56,713 bases of DNA from Acidobacteriota bacterium (GCA_038747035.1 JBCDKB010000003.1:1-56713), one strand, 5' to 3'; positions 27,131-37,541 are shown, counted from the first letter of the stretch. Made by a program: numbers and translations. The notes: generated by a model from the sequence alone, not told the origin.

Positions 27131-28858
27131 ATGCAGATTTTTCTCAGGACCCTGCTCGTGATCGCCCTGCTCGCCGCCGTCGTGGCGTGCCAGCCCGCGT
27201 CCGACTCCGACGGGGCGCCGGCGCCCGAGGCGGCGAGCGCGCCCGCACAAGAGCCGTCGAAACTGCTCGACGCCGCGGCCGCGGCCGCGGGCGTCATCGA
27301 TGAAGACTTCCTTCGGACCCACATCGCCGCCATCTCCGATGACGCCATGGGCGGCCGCGCGCCGGGCACCGAAGGCGACCTGATGGCCCGGAAATATCTC
27401 GCCGAGCAAATGGCCGCCGTCGGCCTCGAGCCCGGGGGCGTCGACGGCACGTGGGAGCAGCCCTTCGACATCATGCGCGTCGAGTACGAGGTGCCGAAAG
27501 GCTGGACCTTCAAGGGCCCGAATGGCGAAGTGACGCTCGAGCGGAGCGAGGAATTCGTCGCCTTCCCCGGTGTCCAGAGTGACGTGGCGGCGATCGAAGG
27601 GGCCGAGCTCGTTTTTGTCGGCTACGGCATCGAAGCGCCGGAATACCAGTGGGACGACTTCAAAGGCGTCGACGTGGCGGGCAAGGTGCTCGTGATGCTC
27701 AATAATGATCCGGATTGGGACGAGTCCATCTTCGACGGCGACCGCCGTCTCTACTACGGGCGCTGGAGCTACAAATACGAGCAGGCCGCCAAGCACGGCG
27801 CCGTCGGTGCGATCGTTCACCACACGCGACCGTCCGCGGGCTACGGCTGGAACGTGGTGGCCAGCTCGTGGGCCGGATCGCAGGTGGAGCTGCCGGCCGG
27901 CGATGAGAAGCGCATTCAGGTCGGCGGCTGGACGACCGAAGGGGCGACCGGCAAGCTGATGGCGCTCGCCGGCCAGGACTGGTCGGCGCTCGTCGAGCAG
28001 GCGAAGACCCGGGAATTCACGCCGGTGCCGCTCGGCGTCACCACGTCGATCTCCCTGCGCAGCAGCCTGGAGAAGACCACGACCGCCAACGTCATCGGCC
28101 GCTTGCCGGGTGGAGATCCGGAGCTCGCCGATGAGGTCGTGCTCTACGGCGCCCACCACGACCATCTGGGCATCGGCGAAGCGGACGACTCCGGCGACAA
28201 GATTTTCAACGGCGCCCTCGACAACGCCGCCGGCCTGTCGGCGATGCTCGGCGTCGCCAAAGCTTTCGGCCAGCTGCCGGAGAAGCCTCGCCGTACGATC
28301 CTCTTCGCGACCTGGGCGGCTGAGGAGCAGGGCCTGCTGGGCTCGAAGCATTTCCGCACTTTCCCGACGGTGCCGGCGGGCAGGATCGCCGCGAATATCA
28401 ACATGGACGGCGGCAATATCTGGGGCAAGGCCGAGAACGTGGTGTTCATCGGCAAAGGGAAGTCGACCCTCGACGCGGTGGTCGAACGGCACGCCGCGGC
28501 CCAGGGGCGGACCGTGCTGGCAGACCAGTTCCCTGATCGCGGCTACTACTACCGTTCCGACCAGTTCAACCTAGCGAAGATCGGCGTCCCCGCGGTGTAT
28601 CTGAATACCGGAACGAAGTTCGTCGGCCGAGACGAGGGCTGGGCCAAAGAGCAGATCGAGACCTGGGAGGCGAATCTCTACCACCAGCAGGGGGACGAGC
28701 TGGAAGACTGGTGGGTTTTCGACGGCATGATCGACGACGCCCGTTTGTCGTTCATGATCGGACTCGACGTAGCCGAGACCACCGCCATGCCGGGGTGGCA
28801 GCCGGGCGATGAATTCGAAGCGGCGCGCAAGGCCGCGCTGGCTGCACTCGCCAACTGA
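27131..28858 (+). CDS. M28 family metallopeptidase with PA domain (lipoprotein)
   Basis: VVA|C lipobox; GRAPGT, AHHDHLG, NGALDNAAG, AEEQGLLGS, RSDQF, YHQ. Confidence 0.93.
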   Translation: MQIFLRTLLVIALLAAVVACQPASDSDGAPAPEAASAPAQEPSKLLDAAAAAAGVIDEDFLRTHIAAISDDAMGGRAPGTEGDLMARKYLAEQMAAVGLEPGGVDGTWEQPFDIMRVEYEVPKGWTFKGPNGEVTLERSEEFVAFPGVQSDVAAIEGAELVFVGYGIEAPEYQWDDFKGVDVAGKVLVMLNNDPDWDESIFDGDRRLYYGRWSYKYEQAAKHGAVGAIVHHTRPSAGYGWNVVASSWAGSQVELPAGDEKRIQVGGWTTEGATGKLMALAGQDWSALVEQAKTREFTPVPLGVTTSISLRSSLEKTTTANVIGRLPGGDPELADEVVLYGAHHDHLGIGEADDSGDKIFNGALDNAAGLSAMLGVAKAFGQLPEKPRRTILFATWAAEEQGLLGSKHFRTFPTVPAGRIAANINMDGGNIWGKAENVVFIGKGKSTLDAVVERHAAAQGRTVLADQFPDRGYYYRSDQFNLAKIGVPAVYLNTGTKFVGRDEGWAKEQIETWEANLYHQQGDELEDWWVFDGMIDDARLSFMIGLDVAETTAMPGWQPGDEFEAARKAALAALAN

Positions 28859-28868
28859 TCGATCCGGA

Positions 28869-28895
28869 CGGCGCCGATGGACTCTATCGGCGCCG
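28869..28895 (+). terminator. GC-rich hairpin just downstream of the M28 gene
   Basis: CGGCGCCGAT...ATCGGCGCCG inverted repeat 11 nt after the stop codon; no U-tract. Confidence 0.4.
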
Positions 28896-28900
28896 ACGCC

Positions 28901-28995
28901 AAAGAAATGGCCCGCTCCGAATCGCGGACGATTCCGCGCTCCGGAGCGGGCCATTGTGTTACCCCGAGCCCCCTCGTGGTAAGCCTTATGTCAAC
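28901..28995 (-). ncRNA. Candidate sigma-54-dependent small RNA (~95 nt)
   Basis: Lies between a -24/-12 motif and a 14-bp perfect stem (28906-19 / 28942-55) followed by UUUCUUU; no credible CDS. Confidence 0.55.
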
Positions 28996-29005
28996 CACTT
29001 TAATA

Positions 29006-29021
29006 AGCACGAAGCGTGCCA
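29006..29021 (-). promoter_or_regulatory. Sigma-54 (-24/-12) promoter
   Basis: Minus strand TGGCACGCTTCGTGCT (GG-N10-GC); IHF-like AATCAAGGCTCTG just upstream (about 29038-29050). Confidence 0.68.
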
Positions 29022-29110
29022 GGTCCCTTCTGCGGGGCAGAGCCTTGATTTTCTGCGGATTCCGGTAGATCTCTATCCGAAGACGGCGCTTTTCAGTCCG
29101 GAGAATTTCC

Positions 29111-30262
29111 CTAGTGGGGAAGAATTCCCTGGAAGAGGGGAGCGTCGGCCGGGAGAGCGAATCGGCTCCGGGCGATCTCAGGAATCGGCTCGGGGCGTCC
29201 GAGCAGGCGGCGATGAAAGGCCCCGAGTTTGGCGTGGTCAGCGGCGTCGTCGAGCGCCTGGCGGCGCAGGGCGCGGATCTGCTGGAGACCGACGAAATAG
29301 CTCGCCTTAAGTCCCGGGTCTTTGAGGTGGCGGGCGACCTCGATTTCCGCCGCCGCGGTTTGGAGGCCGGCTTCGCTGCGATATCGCTCCACGGCCTCCT
29401 CCGCCGTGAGGCGTCCGCGGTGTAGGTCTGCATCGATCCACGCCCGCAGGGAGCGGAGAAAGAGCAGGCGAACGGCGCCCATTTGCGCTTGGGGTGTTGC
29501 GTAGTAGCCGAGCTCGAGCATCAGAGACTCGGCGTAGAGGCCCCAGCCCTCGTGGAAGACGGGGTGGCTCCGGTGGGCGGCGATGCGCTCCGGTCCAGCC
29601 GGCAGGACGGCGTCGGCGACGCTGTAAGCGACGTGGTGGCCCGGCGCCACCTCGTGGGCCACCAGCGGCGGGATGCAGACCCAGCAGTGATTCACCAAGT
29701 AATTTCCGCCATCGTCGGCGGCTTCCGGCGGCTCGAGCGTGACCGCGAGCTGCCCGTCGAGGTACATAGCGAGGGAGAAGTAGCGGCGGAAAATCGGGTT
29801 GTCGTTGGCGAGTATCCTGATCGGGCGTTCGGGCCACGGGAAAAGGTCGCGGGACTCGAGGAATGAACGCTGGCGTTCCGCCTCGGCGCGGTAAGCGGCG
29901 AGCACCGCGTCACGGTCCGGGGGGTGGTCGCGCTCGAGCTCGGCGAAGAGGGCGAGCCAATCGTCGGAACCGAGCTCGGCCGCAAGCTCGGACAGCCGAG
30001 CGGATTCGGCCTCGGCGGCCGCCCGGGCCGCAACGGCGAGGGTCTCCGCGTCGAGCGGCTCCCCGGCGAGGGCGCTCAAGCGCGCGGCGTAGGCGGCTCC
30101 ACCGAGCGGCTCAGGAGCCTGGGGCGCAGCCGAGACGCCGGTTCCGAGCTCCGCGGTCGGCGCGGCCGACGGGGTCCGCCGAAGGTGGGGGCCCGCGGCG
30201 AGACCGACGACGAGGACGAGCGCCAGGGCGAGGACGGCGGTTTGCGGGCGGATGCTCGGCAT
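29111..30262 (-). CDS. DUF885 family protein (short, metallopeptidase-like)
   Basis: AHEVAPGHH and FHEGWGLYAE motifs, D.DLH, SYFVG; N-terminal signal/TM segment from the ATG at 30262. Confidence 0.85.
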   Translation of the reverse strand: MPSIRPQTAVLALALVLVVGLAAGPHLRRTPSAAPTAELGTGVSAAPQAPEPLGGAAYAARLSALAGEPLDAETLAVAARAAAEAESARLSELAAELGSDDWLALFAELERDHPPDRDAVLAAYRAEAERQRSFLESRDLFPWPERPIRILANDNPIFRRYFSLAMYLDGQLAVTLEPPEAADDGGNYLVNHCWVCIPPLVAHEVAPGHHVAYSVADAVLPAGPERIAAHRSHPVFHEGWGLYAESLMLELGYYATPQAQMGAVRLLFLRSLRAWIDADLHRGRLTAEEAVERYRSEAGLQTAAAEIEVARHLKDPGLKASYFVGLQQIRALRRQALDDAADHAKLGAFHRRLLGRPEPIPEIARSRFALPADAPLFQGILPH

Positions 30263-30425
30263 GGCTTTCACCAGAAATTTCGGTGTGGAGCGCGGGCTGG
30301 ACGCCGCCGCGCCCCGGGGCGCCGCGGTAGAATCGCCGTGATTATTCCAGACCCGAACCTGCACGGAGAGCTGAGTGACGGCCTTTGAGATTGGAGTCGA
30401 GAGCGGCGGGTGCGCCCGCCGGGCA

Positions 30426-33365
30426 GTGGCGAAGCGGCGGTCCCCAATTCGCCGTCTCGTGCTTTGGCTGGCGCCGGCACTCGCGGCGCTGGTCGGCGTA
30501 TTCGGGATGACGCCAACGGCGTACGCCCAGGGCACCCAAACCGGGCGTCTCGAGGGGCGGGTCGTGGATTCAGAGGGCCTGCCCCTTCCCGGGGTTGAGG
30601 TCTCCCTCCAGGGTCCCCAGGCCCAGCGACGGGGCACGACCGATAGTCTCGGAGCCTTCCGATTCCCCCAGCTGGCGATCGGTTTCTACGAGGTGCGCGC
30701 CGAGCTTTTCGGCCTCACCGCCGAGCGAGACGCGGTGCGCGTTTATATCGATACGACCACCGAGGTCGAGCTACAGCTGCTCGAAGGGACCGCGCCGTCG
30801 CCGGCGGCGGCCCCCGCGGCTCGGGATCGCATCCAGGTGACCGCCGTGGCCCCGCTCACCGATCCTTTTGAGACCGCGGTCCGCACCAGCGTGTCCCGGG
30901 AGTTTCTCGAGGAGCTGCCGGTGGAGCGGTTCTACCAAAGCGTCGCTTTGCTGCTGCCCGGCGTGGTGGGCGGCGAAGACGGCAACCCGAATACGGCCGG
31001 CGCCCTGCGCGGCTCGAACCTCTTCCTGGTCGACGGCGTCGACACCACCGACCCGACCACGGGCTTGTTCGGGCTCAATCTCGCCTACGACGGCGTCGAC
31101 GACGTCAGCGTCACCACCGCGGCTCCGGCGGTGGACTACGGCCGCAGCTCCGGCGCGGTGATCAACGTGGTCACCCGGTCGGGTGGACTCGACTACCGCG
31201 GCGCCGCCCGTTTAATCGGTACGAGCCCGGGGTGGAGGGCCGATTACCAGGACACCGTCCCCGCTGTTCAGCCGGAGGTCGACGCCGCCAACGCCAGCCC
31301 AGACGATATTGACAATACGATCTCGGTGACGCTTTCTGGCCCGGCGGTGCGAGATCGACTCTTTTTCTTCGGCGTCTTCGAGGACGGCGAAGAGAGCCTG
31401 ACGCGCCCGAGCCTCTCCGGCCAGCTGTGGGACGAGGCGGCACGCATCCAAAGCGCCGCCGTGAAGCTCGATTGGCAGGGTGCCCGCCAGAGCCTCTCGG
31501 GCCAGTACACCTCCGACGAGTCGAGCTTCGGCACCTTTTCGGTCCTCGATCGTTCGCCGGGTGAAAATCGCGCGGCGCGCACGCCCCTGCGCCTGCGCCA
31601 GGAGTTCCTCCTGCCCTTCGCCGGCGATATTTTCGCGGTAGAAGAGAGGCGGCAGGCGGGTGAGCTCGGCCGGGTCGAGTGGAACCGGGTCGTCAAGCGC
31701 GATGTGGCCCTCACCGCCCGCGTCGCGAACCAGGAGCGTCGATTGACCCGCGCCCCGCGCTCCCGCCGGGGCTTCGGCGTCGACGCGGCCCCCCACCTTT
31801 CGCCGAGCGTCGTTCGGGTCATCGTCGACCCGGATACGGGGGAGCTGGAGCTGGAGGAAGAAAACTTTGCGCTCTTCAACGGCATCACCGACGAAGGGCG
31901 GGAAGATCGGGAGCGTCGCCAAGCCAACCTCGCCGCGGATCTCTTTTTTCGCTGGCGCGGCAGCGACCACCAGCTTCGCCTGGGCGCCGATTACCAGCGC
32001 ACGCGATCATCGCGTCAGCTCGACGTTTCCGGGGCAGATTACGTGGATTCGATCACCGGCCGCGACGTGGCCGGGCAGATCTTCCTCGACGCCGATCTGA
32101 GCGAGCGGTGCCTCTTTCTCGGCGAGTGTGTGGGCTTCGACCCGGTGAGCGGAGACTTCGCGCCGCTCCTCCGTCTCGATTTCTGGCGTCGACCCGCGAC
32201 CGAGACCCGCCAAACAACGGTCGCTGTCTACGCCGATGACGCGGTCGCCATCGGCAGCTGGCTGCTCCAGGCCGGCGTGCGGATAGAGCAGGTCGAGGGG
32301 GAAGATCGCGGCGGCCGCAAGCTGGTCGATACGACGTCGATCTCGCCGCGATTGGCGGTGAAGTATGACGCCAACGGGGACGGCAGCGTGCTGTGGTCCC
32401 TCGTGTACTCCCGGTTCCACGAAGCGTTCCCCCAGCGCTTCCTGGATGACTTCAGCCGCGTCCAGCCTTTCTCCGGCTACACGCAATTCGCGTGGGCCGT
32501 CGGCGAGGAGGCGTGTCTCGAGCTCGACCCGGGCGACGTCCTCAGTCCCTGTTGGTTCCCCGACGGCATCCTCGAAGAGTTTACGCCGGTGCAGGTGGCG
32601 CCTCCGAACCTCGACCTCGACCGCGCGGCGGTGGACGAGCTCGTGTTCAGTTTCGAGAAGCGCCTGTCGACGACGTCGGTGGTGCGGCTATCGCTGGTCG
32701 ACCGCGAATGGCGGGACTTATGGGACGACCGCCTGGTGCTCACCGGCGAGGATAGCTTCACGGCGGAGGTGGTCAACCTGCCGTCCGCCGAGCGTTCCTA
32801 CCGCGGCCTGCAGCTGCTCGTCCAGCGCCGATTCGACCGCGGCTGGCAGCTGCTCGGTTCGTATACTTGGAGCGAGACGGAAGGCAACCTCTTCCAGTCG
32901 ACGGGCATCTCGTCCTTCGGGGATTTCACCGAGGTGGTCGACACCAATGTGATCAATCGCTTCGGATTCGCACCCTACGATCGAACCCACCAGCTCAAGC
33001 TCTTCGCCAACTACCGGCACAGTTTCGGCGCCTTGGACGCCTACGCGGGTTCGGTGGTTCGTTTTGAGGACGGGACGCCTTTTGAGGCCCAGGAGGAAGG
33101 CGTCGGCGGGGTGCGTTTCCTCGACGCCCGGGGGGCGAGGCGCTTGGAGGATTTCTTCCAGTGGGACCTGTCCTTCGGGATCGAGGTGCCGCTGCCCAAA
33201 GACATGCGACTCACCGGAAAATTCGAGATTTTCAACGTCACTGACGAGCAGGCGCAGATCGGCGTTGAAACCAGCACCGACCTCGGTCTCTTCGCCCAGC
33301 CCCGAACGCTTGAAGATATTCAGCAGCCGCGGAGTTACCGCGTGACGCTGGGCTTCTCCTTTTGA
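30426..33365 (+). CDS. TonB-dependent receptor with N-terminal carboxypeptidase-regulatory-like domain (Oar-like; start uncertain)
   Basis: Signal peptide AYA|Q; GRVVDSEGLPLPGVEV; plug region (LLPGV, VDGVDTTDP, YGRSSGAVINVVTRSG); C-terminal PRSYRVTLGFSF. Confidence 0.92.
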   Translation: MAKRRSPIRRLVLWLAPALAALVGVFGMTPTAYAQGTQTGRLEGRVVDSEGLPLPGVEVSLQGPQAQRRGTTDSLGAFRFPQLAIGFYEVRAELFGLTAERDAVRVYIDTTTEVELQLLEGTAPSPAAAPAARDRIQVTAVAPLTDPFETAVRTSVSREFLEELPVERFYQSVALLLPGVVGGEDGNPNTAGALRGSNLFLVDGVDTTDPTTGLFGLNLAYDGVDDVSVTTAAPAVDYGRSSGAVINVVTRSGGLDYRGAARLIGTSPGWRADYQDTVPAVQPEVDAANASPDDIDNTISVTLSGPAVRDRLFFFGVFEDGEESLTRPSLSGQLWDEAARIQSAAVKLDWQGARQSLSGQYTSDESSFGTFSVLDRSPGENRAARTPLRLRQEFLLPFAGDIFAVEERRQAGELGRVEWNRVVKRDVALTARVANQERRLTRAPRSRRGFGVDAAPHLSPSVVRVIVDPDTGELELEEENFALFNGITDEGREDRERRQANLAADLFFRWRGSDHQLRLGADYQRTRSSRQLDVSGADYVDSITGRDVAGQIFLDADLSERCLFLGECVGFDPVSGDFAPLLRLDFWRRPATETRQTTVAVYADDAVAIGSWLLQAGVRIEQVEGEDRGGRKLVDTTSISPRLAVKYDANGDGSVLWSLVYSRFHEAFPQRFLDDFSRVQPFSGYTQFAWAVGEEACLELDPGDVLSPCWFPDGILEEFTPVQVAPPNLDLDRAAVDELVFSFEKRLSTTSVVRLSLVDREWRDLWDDRLVLTGEDSFTAEVVNLPSAERSYRGLQLLVQRRFDRGWQLLGSYTWSETEGNLFQSTGISSFGDFTEVVDTNVINRFGFAPYDRTHQLKLFANYRHSFGALDAYAGSVVRFEDGTPFEAQEEGVGGVRFLDARGARRLEDFFQWDLSFGIEVPLPKDMRLTGKFEIFNVTDEQAQIGVETSTDLGLFAQPRTLEDIQQPRSYRVTLGFSF

Positions 33366-33516
33366 CACCGCGGCGGTCAAGGGGGACGGCGGGTCGGCGG
33401 TGATGCGGCGACGCCGTCGTGGGACCACCGGCCCCGGCTGGAGTGAGCGCCGGTGCTAAGCTCCGCGCGGCCGTCCCGAATCCCTGACCAACCCGCCATT
33501 TGCGCTAGAGAATCCC

Positions 33517-35802
33517 GTGAGTCGAACCGTTCTCCGCATCGCCCCTCTCCTCATTGCCCTGACCCTAGGCGCTCTCTCCGTGGCGCCCGGCGCCGACGCT
33601 CAGCGGGCGGACGGCGCCGTTCCGATTCGTCCCGTGCCGACGCCGTCCCTGGCGGATGTCGCCGTCGGAGTCCGGGCGAAAGTGGAGGCCGCGCGCCAGG
33701 AGCTCGACGCGCTGCAAAGCCAAGGACAGCCGGCGGGCGAAGCGTTCGGCACGCTCGGCTCCCGCTACCTCCACGTCGGCAAGCTCGACGCTGCCTTGGT
33801 GGCCCTCGAGAACGCCGTCGGGCTCAAGTCCGAGCAGATCCAGTGGCGCTACTACCTGGCGGTGACGCTCGAACGTCGAGGCGATCTCGAAGGCGCGGCC
33901 GCGGCGCTCCGCAGGGTGCTCGCGTCCCGTGAGGGCAACCTGCCGGCGGTGCTCCGCCTCGCCGATGTGCTGGCGGAACTGGGTGTGCGGGAGGAGGCGC
34001 GCGAGCTCTACCAGGCCGCCCTCCAGTCGCCGCTCGGGGTTCCGGCGGGACGGGCCGGTCTGGCGAAGCTCGCGTCAGACGCCGGCGACTATTCGGCCGC
34101 GATCCTCCATCTGGAAGCGGCGATCGAGGCCCAGCCGGCGGCGACGAATCTCCACCGTCGCCTCTCCCACGCCCTGGCCGCCGCCGGCCGGTCGGACGCA
34201 TCCGCCCGCGCCCTGCGCCGGGCGGGGGAGGTCCGCGTGCGCTATCCCGATCCGCTCATGCTGCAACTCGCGCTCGAAATGGGCGATCCGAACGTCGAGC
34301 TGCGTCCGGACGCCCCGGCCCCGGCGCCCGCCGCGGCGGCGCCGGACCTGATCGAGTCGGGGTCGACGGCTTTCCTCGAAGGCGACCGGGAAGAGGGCCT
34401 GGCGCTGCTTGAAAAAGCGGTGGCTGAAGCCCCCGAGTCCCTCGAAGCGCGCCAGCGTCTCGCGTCGGCGCTGCTGGTCCAGAGTCGACTGCCGGACGCC
34501 CTGCCGCACCTCGAGAAAGCGGCGAAGCTAGCGCCTGAGAATCGGGGCGCCCGACTGCAGCTGGCCCAGGCCTATTTCGAGCTCAAGCGGTTGGAGGACG
34601 CGGCGGCCGAGGTCGACGTTTTGCTCGCCGCCCCGACGGCGGAGGCGGACTACGAAGCGCGCCTGATCGCCGGCCAGATCGCGGCGGCGCGACAGGATCC
34701 CCAAGGTGCCGAAGGGCACTTCCGTCGGGTTGCGGAATCGACGGTGGCGCCGAAAGGCCTTCGCTCGCGGGCCTATTTCAACCTCGGCCTGGTTCGCCAG
34801 GCTTCGCGCCGCATCGAAGAGGCGGTGGGTTTTTACCGCCAGTCCCTCGATTTTGACCCCAATCAGCGCCAGGCCCTATTCAACCTCGGCCTGATCATGG
34901 CGAGTAACGACCGCCATTCGGAAGCGCTCGAGTTCTACCGGCGCCTCTTCGAGTTGCAGCCGAATAATGTGGACCTGCGCTTGCGTCTGGGCGTGAGCCT
35001 GATGCGGATCGGGGAGTTCTGGCCGGCCCTCGGTCATTTTGAAGCGCTGCTCAAAGCCAAGCCCGACGATGTCGAAGCGCTGGTGTCGAGCGCCCTGCTG
35101 CTCGACCAGGTGGACCAAAGCGCCCAGGCCCGGGAGCGGCTGCGCGACGCGGCGGCCCGGCTCAAAGATCCCGCGGACCGGGCGCGTATCCTCGCCGCCC
35201 TCGGCGGCCTGGAGCGTCGAGCCGGCGACAAAGCGGCCGGTCTCGCGTCCCTGCGGCGGGCGGTGGCGGGCTTCGGCGACGCCTCGACCTCGCCGGAAGC
35301 GGCCGAGGCGCACCGCGACCTGGCCCGCGCCCTCGCCCAGGACGGGCTCTACGGCGACGCGGATCGCCATTTCGGGGCCTACCTCAAAGCCAGACCGAAC
35401 GACACCGATATCCACTTCGCCCGCTCGATGGCGCTGATTCTTGCCGACGACGACGCCGGAGCCGCCGAGGTTCTGCGGGAAGCCACCTCCCGCCTCGACG
35501 ACGTCGCGCTCACCCACCTCTACGCCCGCCTCCTCGCGGGTTCCACCGAGGTGTCCGTGCGCCAAGGCGAGCGGGCGGTCGAGATCGCGAAGGCGGTTTT
35601 CGAGAAAGAGCGCAACCCTTTCCACGGCGAAACCTTGGCCATGGCGTACGCCGCCGCCGGCCGCTTCGAAGAAGCCCTGGTGCTCCAGCGCCGGCTGCTC
35701 CAGGAAGCGAAGGCCGCCGATTTCAATGCTGATTTCATCGGTAGGGTCGAGCGCAACTTGACCCGCTACGAAGTCGGACAGCCCGGGGTCTTCGGCTGGT
35801 GA
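33517..35802 (+). CDS. Secreted tetratricopeptide repeat protein
   Basis: Signal peptide; many TPRs (AYFNLG, ALFNLG); C-terminal ETLAMAYAAAGRFEEA. Confidence 0.88.
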   Translation: MSRTVLRIAPLLIALTLGALSVAPGADAQRADGAVPIRPVPTPSLADVAVGVRAKVEAARQELDALQSQGQPAGEAFGTLGSRYLHVGKLDAALVALENAVGLKSEQIQWRYYLAVTLERRGDLEGAAAALRRVLASREGNLPAVLRLADVLAELGVREEARELYQAALQSPLGVPAGRAGLAKLASDAGDYSAAILHLEAAIEAQPAATNLHRRLSHALAAAGRSDASARALRRAGEVRVRYPDPLMLQLALEMGDPNVELRPDAPAPAPAAAAPDLIESGSTAFLEGDREEGLALLEKAVAEAPESLEARQRLASALLVQSRLPDALPHLEKAAKLAPENRGARLQLAQAYFELKRLEDAAAEVDVLLAAPTAEADYEARLIAGQIAAARQDPQGAEGHFRRVAESTVAPKGLRSRAYFNLGLVRQASRRIEEAVGFYRQSLDFDPNQRQALFNLGLIMASNDRHSEALEFYRRLFELQPNNVDLRLRLGVSLMRIGEFWPALGHFEALLKAKPDDVEALVSSALLLDQVDQSAQARERLRDAAARLKDPADRARILAALGGLERRAGDKAAGLASLRRAVAGFGDASTSPEAAEAHRDLARALAQDGLYGDADRHFGAYLKARPNDTDIHFARSMALILADDDAGAAEVLREATSRLDDVALTHLYARLLAGSTEVSVRQGERAVEIAKAVFEKERNPFHGETLAMAYAAAGRFEEALVLQRRLLQEAKAADFNADFIGRVERNLTRYEVGQPGVFGW

Positions 35803-37541
35803 TGAGGGGCTTGCTGGCCCTGATGATCGTGACGGTGGCCGCAGTCGGGACCGGCCCGGTGTGGGCGTCCCCGGGGTCGTCGGAGACCCCGCCGACGTCC
35901 CAGGAAGCCGCGTCCGGGGCGCCTTGGGCGGGGCTCTTGGTCGACGTCACCGCGGAGGTGGGCCTGGAGTTTCGCCACCGTAACGGCATGACCGGTGAGC
36001 GCTTCATCCACGAGATCTTAGGGGGCGGCGGTGTCCTCTTCGATATGGACGGCGACGGCGACCTCGATCTCTACGCCGTCCAGGGGCATCGCCTGGGGGC
36101 GGCCGAAAAGCCGCAGGCCGGCGCCGAACCGGAACGGGGCGATCGTCTGTTCCGCAACGATCTGACCGCGGCGGGGCCCCGATTCCGCGATATTACCGAG
36201 AGAAGCGGTATCGACGCGCGGGGCTACGGCATGGGGGCGGTGGCGGCGGATGTCGACGGCGACGGCTGGGTGGATCTCTACGTGCTCAACTGGGGGGCGA
36301 ATCAGCTGTGGCGCAACCGGGGCGACGGGACCTTCGACGATGCGACGGAGAAGGTCGGAGTCGGCGACCCCGGCTGGAGCACCACCGCGAGCTTCATCGA
36401 CGCCGACGGCGACGGACGGCTCGATCTCTTCGTCGGTAACTATCTCGAGTTTGACCTGGCTCGTCACAAGCCCTGCTTTTCCGCCAGCGGCGCGCCGGAC
36501 TACTGCGGCCCCGCGAGCTATCCGCCGGCGGCGGACCGGCTCTATCGACAGCGGAACGACGGCCGTTTTGAGGACGTGACCGCGCGCTTCGGCCTTGCGG
36601 GGCCCAAAGCGGCGGCCCTCGGCTCGATCCCGCTCGACGCCGACGGCGACGGTCGGCTCGAGCTCTTTGTCGCCAATGACGGCATGGCCAATCACCTGTG
36701 GGACTGGGAGCGCGGTCGATTCGAAGAGATGGCCCTGCTCGCGGGCTGCGCGGTCAATGGCGACGGGGCCGCCGAAGCGTCCATGGGTGTTGATGCCGGC
36801 GACGTCGACGGCGACGGCGACGAAGATCTCTTCATGACCCACCTCGACCAGGAGACGAATACGCTCTACCTGAACGACGGGGGCTTCTTCGAAGACGGCA
36901 GCGACGCCGCGGGCGTCGCCCTCTCGAGTTTCTCGTCGACCGGCTTCGGCACCCGTCTCATCGACCTCGACCTCGACGGCTGGCTCGACGCGGTGGTGGT
37001 CAACGGCGCCATCAAGGCCCTCGAACCGCTCGTGCGGGCGAAGGATCCTTATCCACTCCACCAGCCGAATCACGTGCTGCGCAATCTCGGCGGCGGTCGC
37101 TTTGTGGAGGTGTCCGAAAAGGTCGGAGCGGCGATGGGGCCGTCCCACGTGAGCCGCGGACTGGCGGCGGGGGACCTCGACAACGACGGCGACGTGGACC
37201 TGATCATCTTCAACAACAACGGGCCGCTGCGGGTGCTCGAGAATCGCGTCTCGGGGGCCGGCTGGATCGGCGTCGAGGCGGTGCGGAAGGACCGGGTGGC
37301 CCTCGGGGCGCGGGTCGGCGTGACCGCGGGTGACCGCACGCAGTGGCGCCGCGTCGGCTCAGGGGGAAGCTACGCCAGCGGCCAGGACCCGCGGCAGGTC
37401 TTCGGTCTGGGTGCCGGTGCGGCGCCTGGGGCCGTCCGCGTCCGGATCGAGTGGCCGGGGGGCGCCGTCGAGCAGTGGCCGTCGCTCGAGCCGGGCCGGT
37501 ACCACCAACTCGCGGCGGGGACTGGGCAGGCGGTGCCTTAG
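35802..37541 (+). CDS. CRTAC1 / ASPIC-UnbV family protein with FG-GAP/VCBS repeats
   Basis: Repeated DxDGDGxxD motifs, SMGVDAGD, SRGLAAGDLDNDGD, GGSYASG, FGLG, IEWPGG. Confidence 0.93.
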   Translation: MRGLLALMIVTVAAVGTGPVWASPGSSETPPTSQEAASGAPWAGLLVDVTAEVGLEFRHRNGMTGERFIHEILGGGGVLFDMDGDGDLDLYAVQGHRLGAAEKPQAGAEPERGDRLFRNDLTAAGPRFRDITERSGIDARGYGMGAVAADVDGDGWVDLYVLNWGANQLWRNRGDGTFDDATEKVGVGDPGWSTTASFIDADGDGRLDLFVGNYLEFDLARHKPCFSASGAPDYCGPASYPPAADRLYRQRNDGRFEDVTARFGLAGPKAAALGSIPLDADGDGRLELFVANDGMANHLWDWERGRFEEMALLAGCAVNGDGAAEASMGVDAGDVDGDGDEDLFMTHLDQETNTLYLNDGGFFEDGSDAAGVALSSFSSTGFGTRLIDLDLDGWLDAVVVNGAIKALEPLVRAKDPYPLHQPNHVLRNLGGGRFVEVSEKVGAAMGPSHVSRGLAAGDLDNDGDVDLIIFNNNGPLRVLENRVSGAGWIGVEAVRKDRVALGARVGVTAGDRTQWRRVGSGGSYASGQDPRQVFGLGAGAAPGAVRVRIEWPGGAVEQWPSLEPGRYHQLAAGTGQAVP

